A stretch of DNA of 64,000 bases from the human T2T-CHM13v2.0 reference genome, Homo sapiens, in assembly GCF_009914755.1 (NCBI RefSeq), contig NC_060926.1; one strand, given 5' to 3'. The notes beneath the pieces were generated by a model. That model saw only the letters and a list, made by a program, of their open reading frames with translations, had not been told where the DNA came from and did not search any database. Numbering within the stretch: the stretch's first letter is position 1; every line of letters starts with the position of its first letter. The position numbers and the translations under genes were made by a program. Shown here piece after piece: positions 62,606 through 64,000 of this stretch.

Positions 62606-64000
62606 AAAAAAGAATATAAGTACAATCAGAAGTGATAACAGTGAAATTGCAACTGATAAGAAATATAAAAGATCATCAGAGATTACTATGAACATATATA
62701 CACACATAAACCAGAAAACCTTGAGGAAATATATTAATTCCTATACGTCCTCCCAAGATTGAGCCAGGAAGAAATAGAAATCCTGAACAGACCAATAAAG
62801 AGTACTGAAATTGAATCAGTAATAAAAAAATCTTCGAACAACAACAACAACAACAAAAAAGCCCAGGACCAGATGAACTCATGGACTACTTTTATCAGAT
62901 ATACAAAGGAGAGCTGGTACCAAACTTAGTGAAACTATTCCAAAAAAAAAAAAAAAAAAATCAAGTTGGAAGGATTCCTCCCTAATTCATTCTACAAAAC
63001 CAGTATCATCCTGATACCAAAATCATGCAAAGACACAACAAATATTCCTAATAATACAGGCCAGTATTCCTAATAAATACAGATGTAAATATCCCCAACA
63101 AAATATTAGCAAACCAAATCTAACAACATATTAAAAAGGTAACTCACGATTAAGTGGGCTTTATTCCAGGGATACAAGGATGGTTCAACATTCACAAATC
63201 AATAATTGTGATTCACCACATAAACAGAATTAAAAACAAAAACCATATGATCATCTCAGTAGATGCAAAAAAAAAAAAAAGCATTTGATAAAATCCAGCA
63301 TCCCTTCATGATAAAAACCCTTGGCAAACTATGCATTGAGGGAACATACCTCAAAATAAAAACGGCCATCTATGACAAGCCCACAGCAAACATCATACTG
63401 AATGGAGAAAATTTGCAAGCATTCCCCCTTAAAACAGGAACAAGACAAGGATTTCCACTCTCAGCACTACTATTCAACATAATACTGGGAAGTCCTAGCT
63501 GCAGCAATCAGGCAAGAGAAAGAAATAAAACGTATCCAACTAGGAAAAGAGTAGTCAAACTATCTCTATTCACTGATTACATGATCTTATACCAAGAAAA
63601 TCCTAAAGACTCCTCCAACAGACTTCTAGACTTGAAAAATGACTTCAGTAAATTTCCAAATACAAAATCAACATACAGAAATCAGTAGCATTTCTATAAA
63701 CCAATAACATTCAAGCTGAGAGTCAAATCAGGAACTCAATCCCATTTACAGCAGCCATAAAAATTAAAATACCTAGTAGTATATTTAACCAAGGATGTGA
63801 AAGATCTCTACAAGGAGAACCACAAATGCTGATAAAAGAAATCACAGATGATACAAAAAAATGGGAAAACATTCCATGCTCATGGATTTGAAAAATCAGT
63901 ATTGTTAAAATGACCACACAGCCCAAAGCAATCTACAGATTCAATGCAATTCCTATCAAAGTACCAATGTCATTTCACAAAATTAGAAAAAACAATCCTA
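62606..64000 (+). mobile_element. 5'-truncated L1PA15/16-like LINE-1 (ORF2 RT region) running off the right edge
   Basis: ORF 63263-63688 ([14 protein letters not shown]...[24 protein letters not shown]); abrupt jump from the old-L1 EN sequence at ~62605. Confidence 0.88.

Overview
Catarrhine primate (most likely human, chr2p15) genomic DNA lying inside the minus-strand gene WDPCP (Fritz/BBS15). The only host-gene coding sequence is one 103-nt exon (26372-26474, DIHYLALDKGELALAEVARKRASDIDAESITSGV), too short for the ORF track. The left edge carries a disabled processed pseudogene of MTFR2. Most of the rest is layered mobile DNA: several multi-kb L1s (the younger long ones almost all antisense to WDPCP), about 20 Alus, a near full-length Tigger4/Zombi, MER44/MER2/MER58/Charlie/MER63 DNA transposons, MaLR LTRs and a solo HERV-H LTR7B. 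Nearly all ORF-track ORFs are repeat-derived. I see no new multi-gene system. The best leads are a ~1.3 kb tract of shared variants between two neighbouring L1s (possible ectopic gene conversion), an L1PB with a possibly spliced 5'UTR, a templated hairpin insertion, a solo LTR7B and a non-repetitive island rich in NFI/HOX-like motifs. Gene identities and repeat subfamily names come from recall, not database searches, and boundaries of old repeats are approximate.
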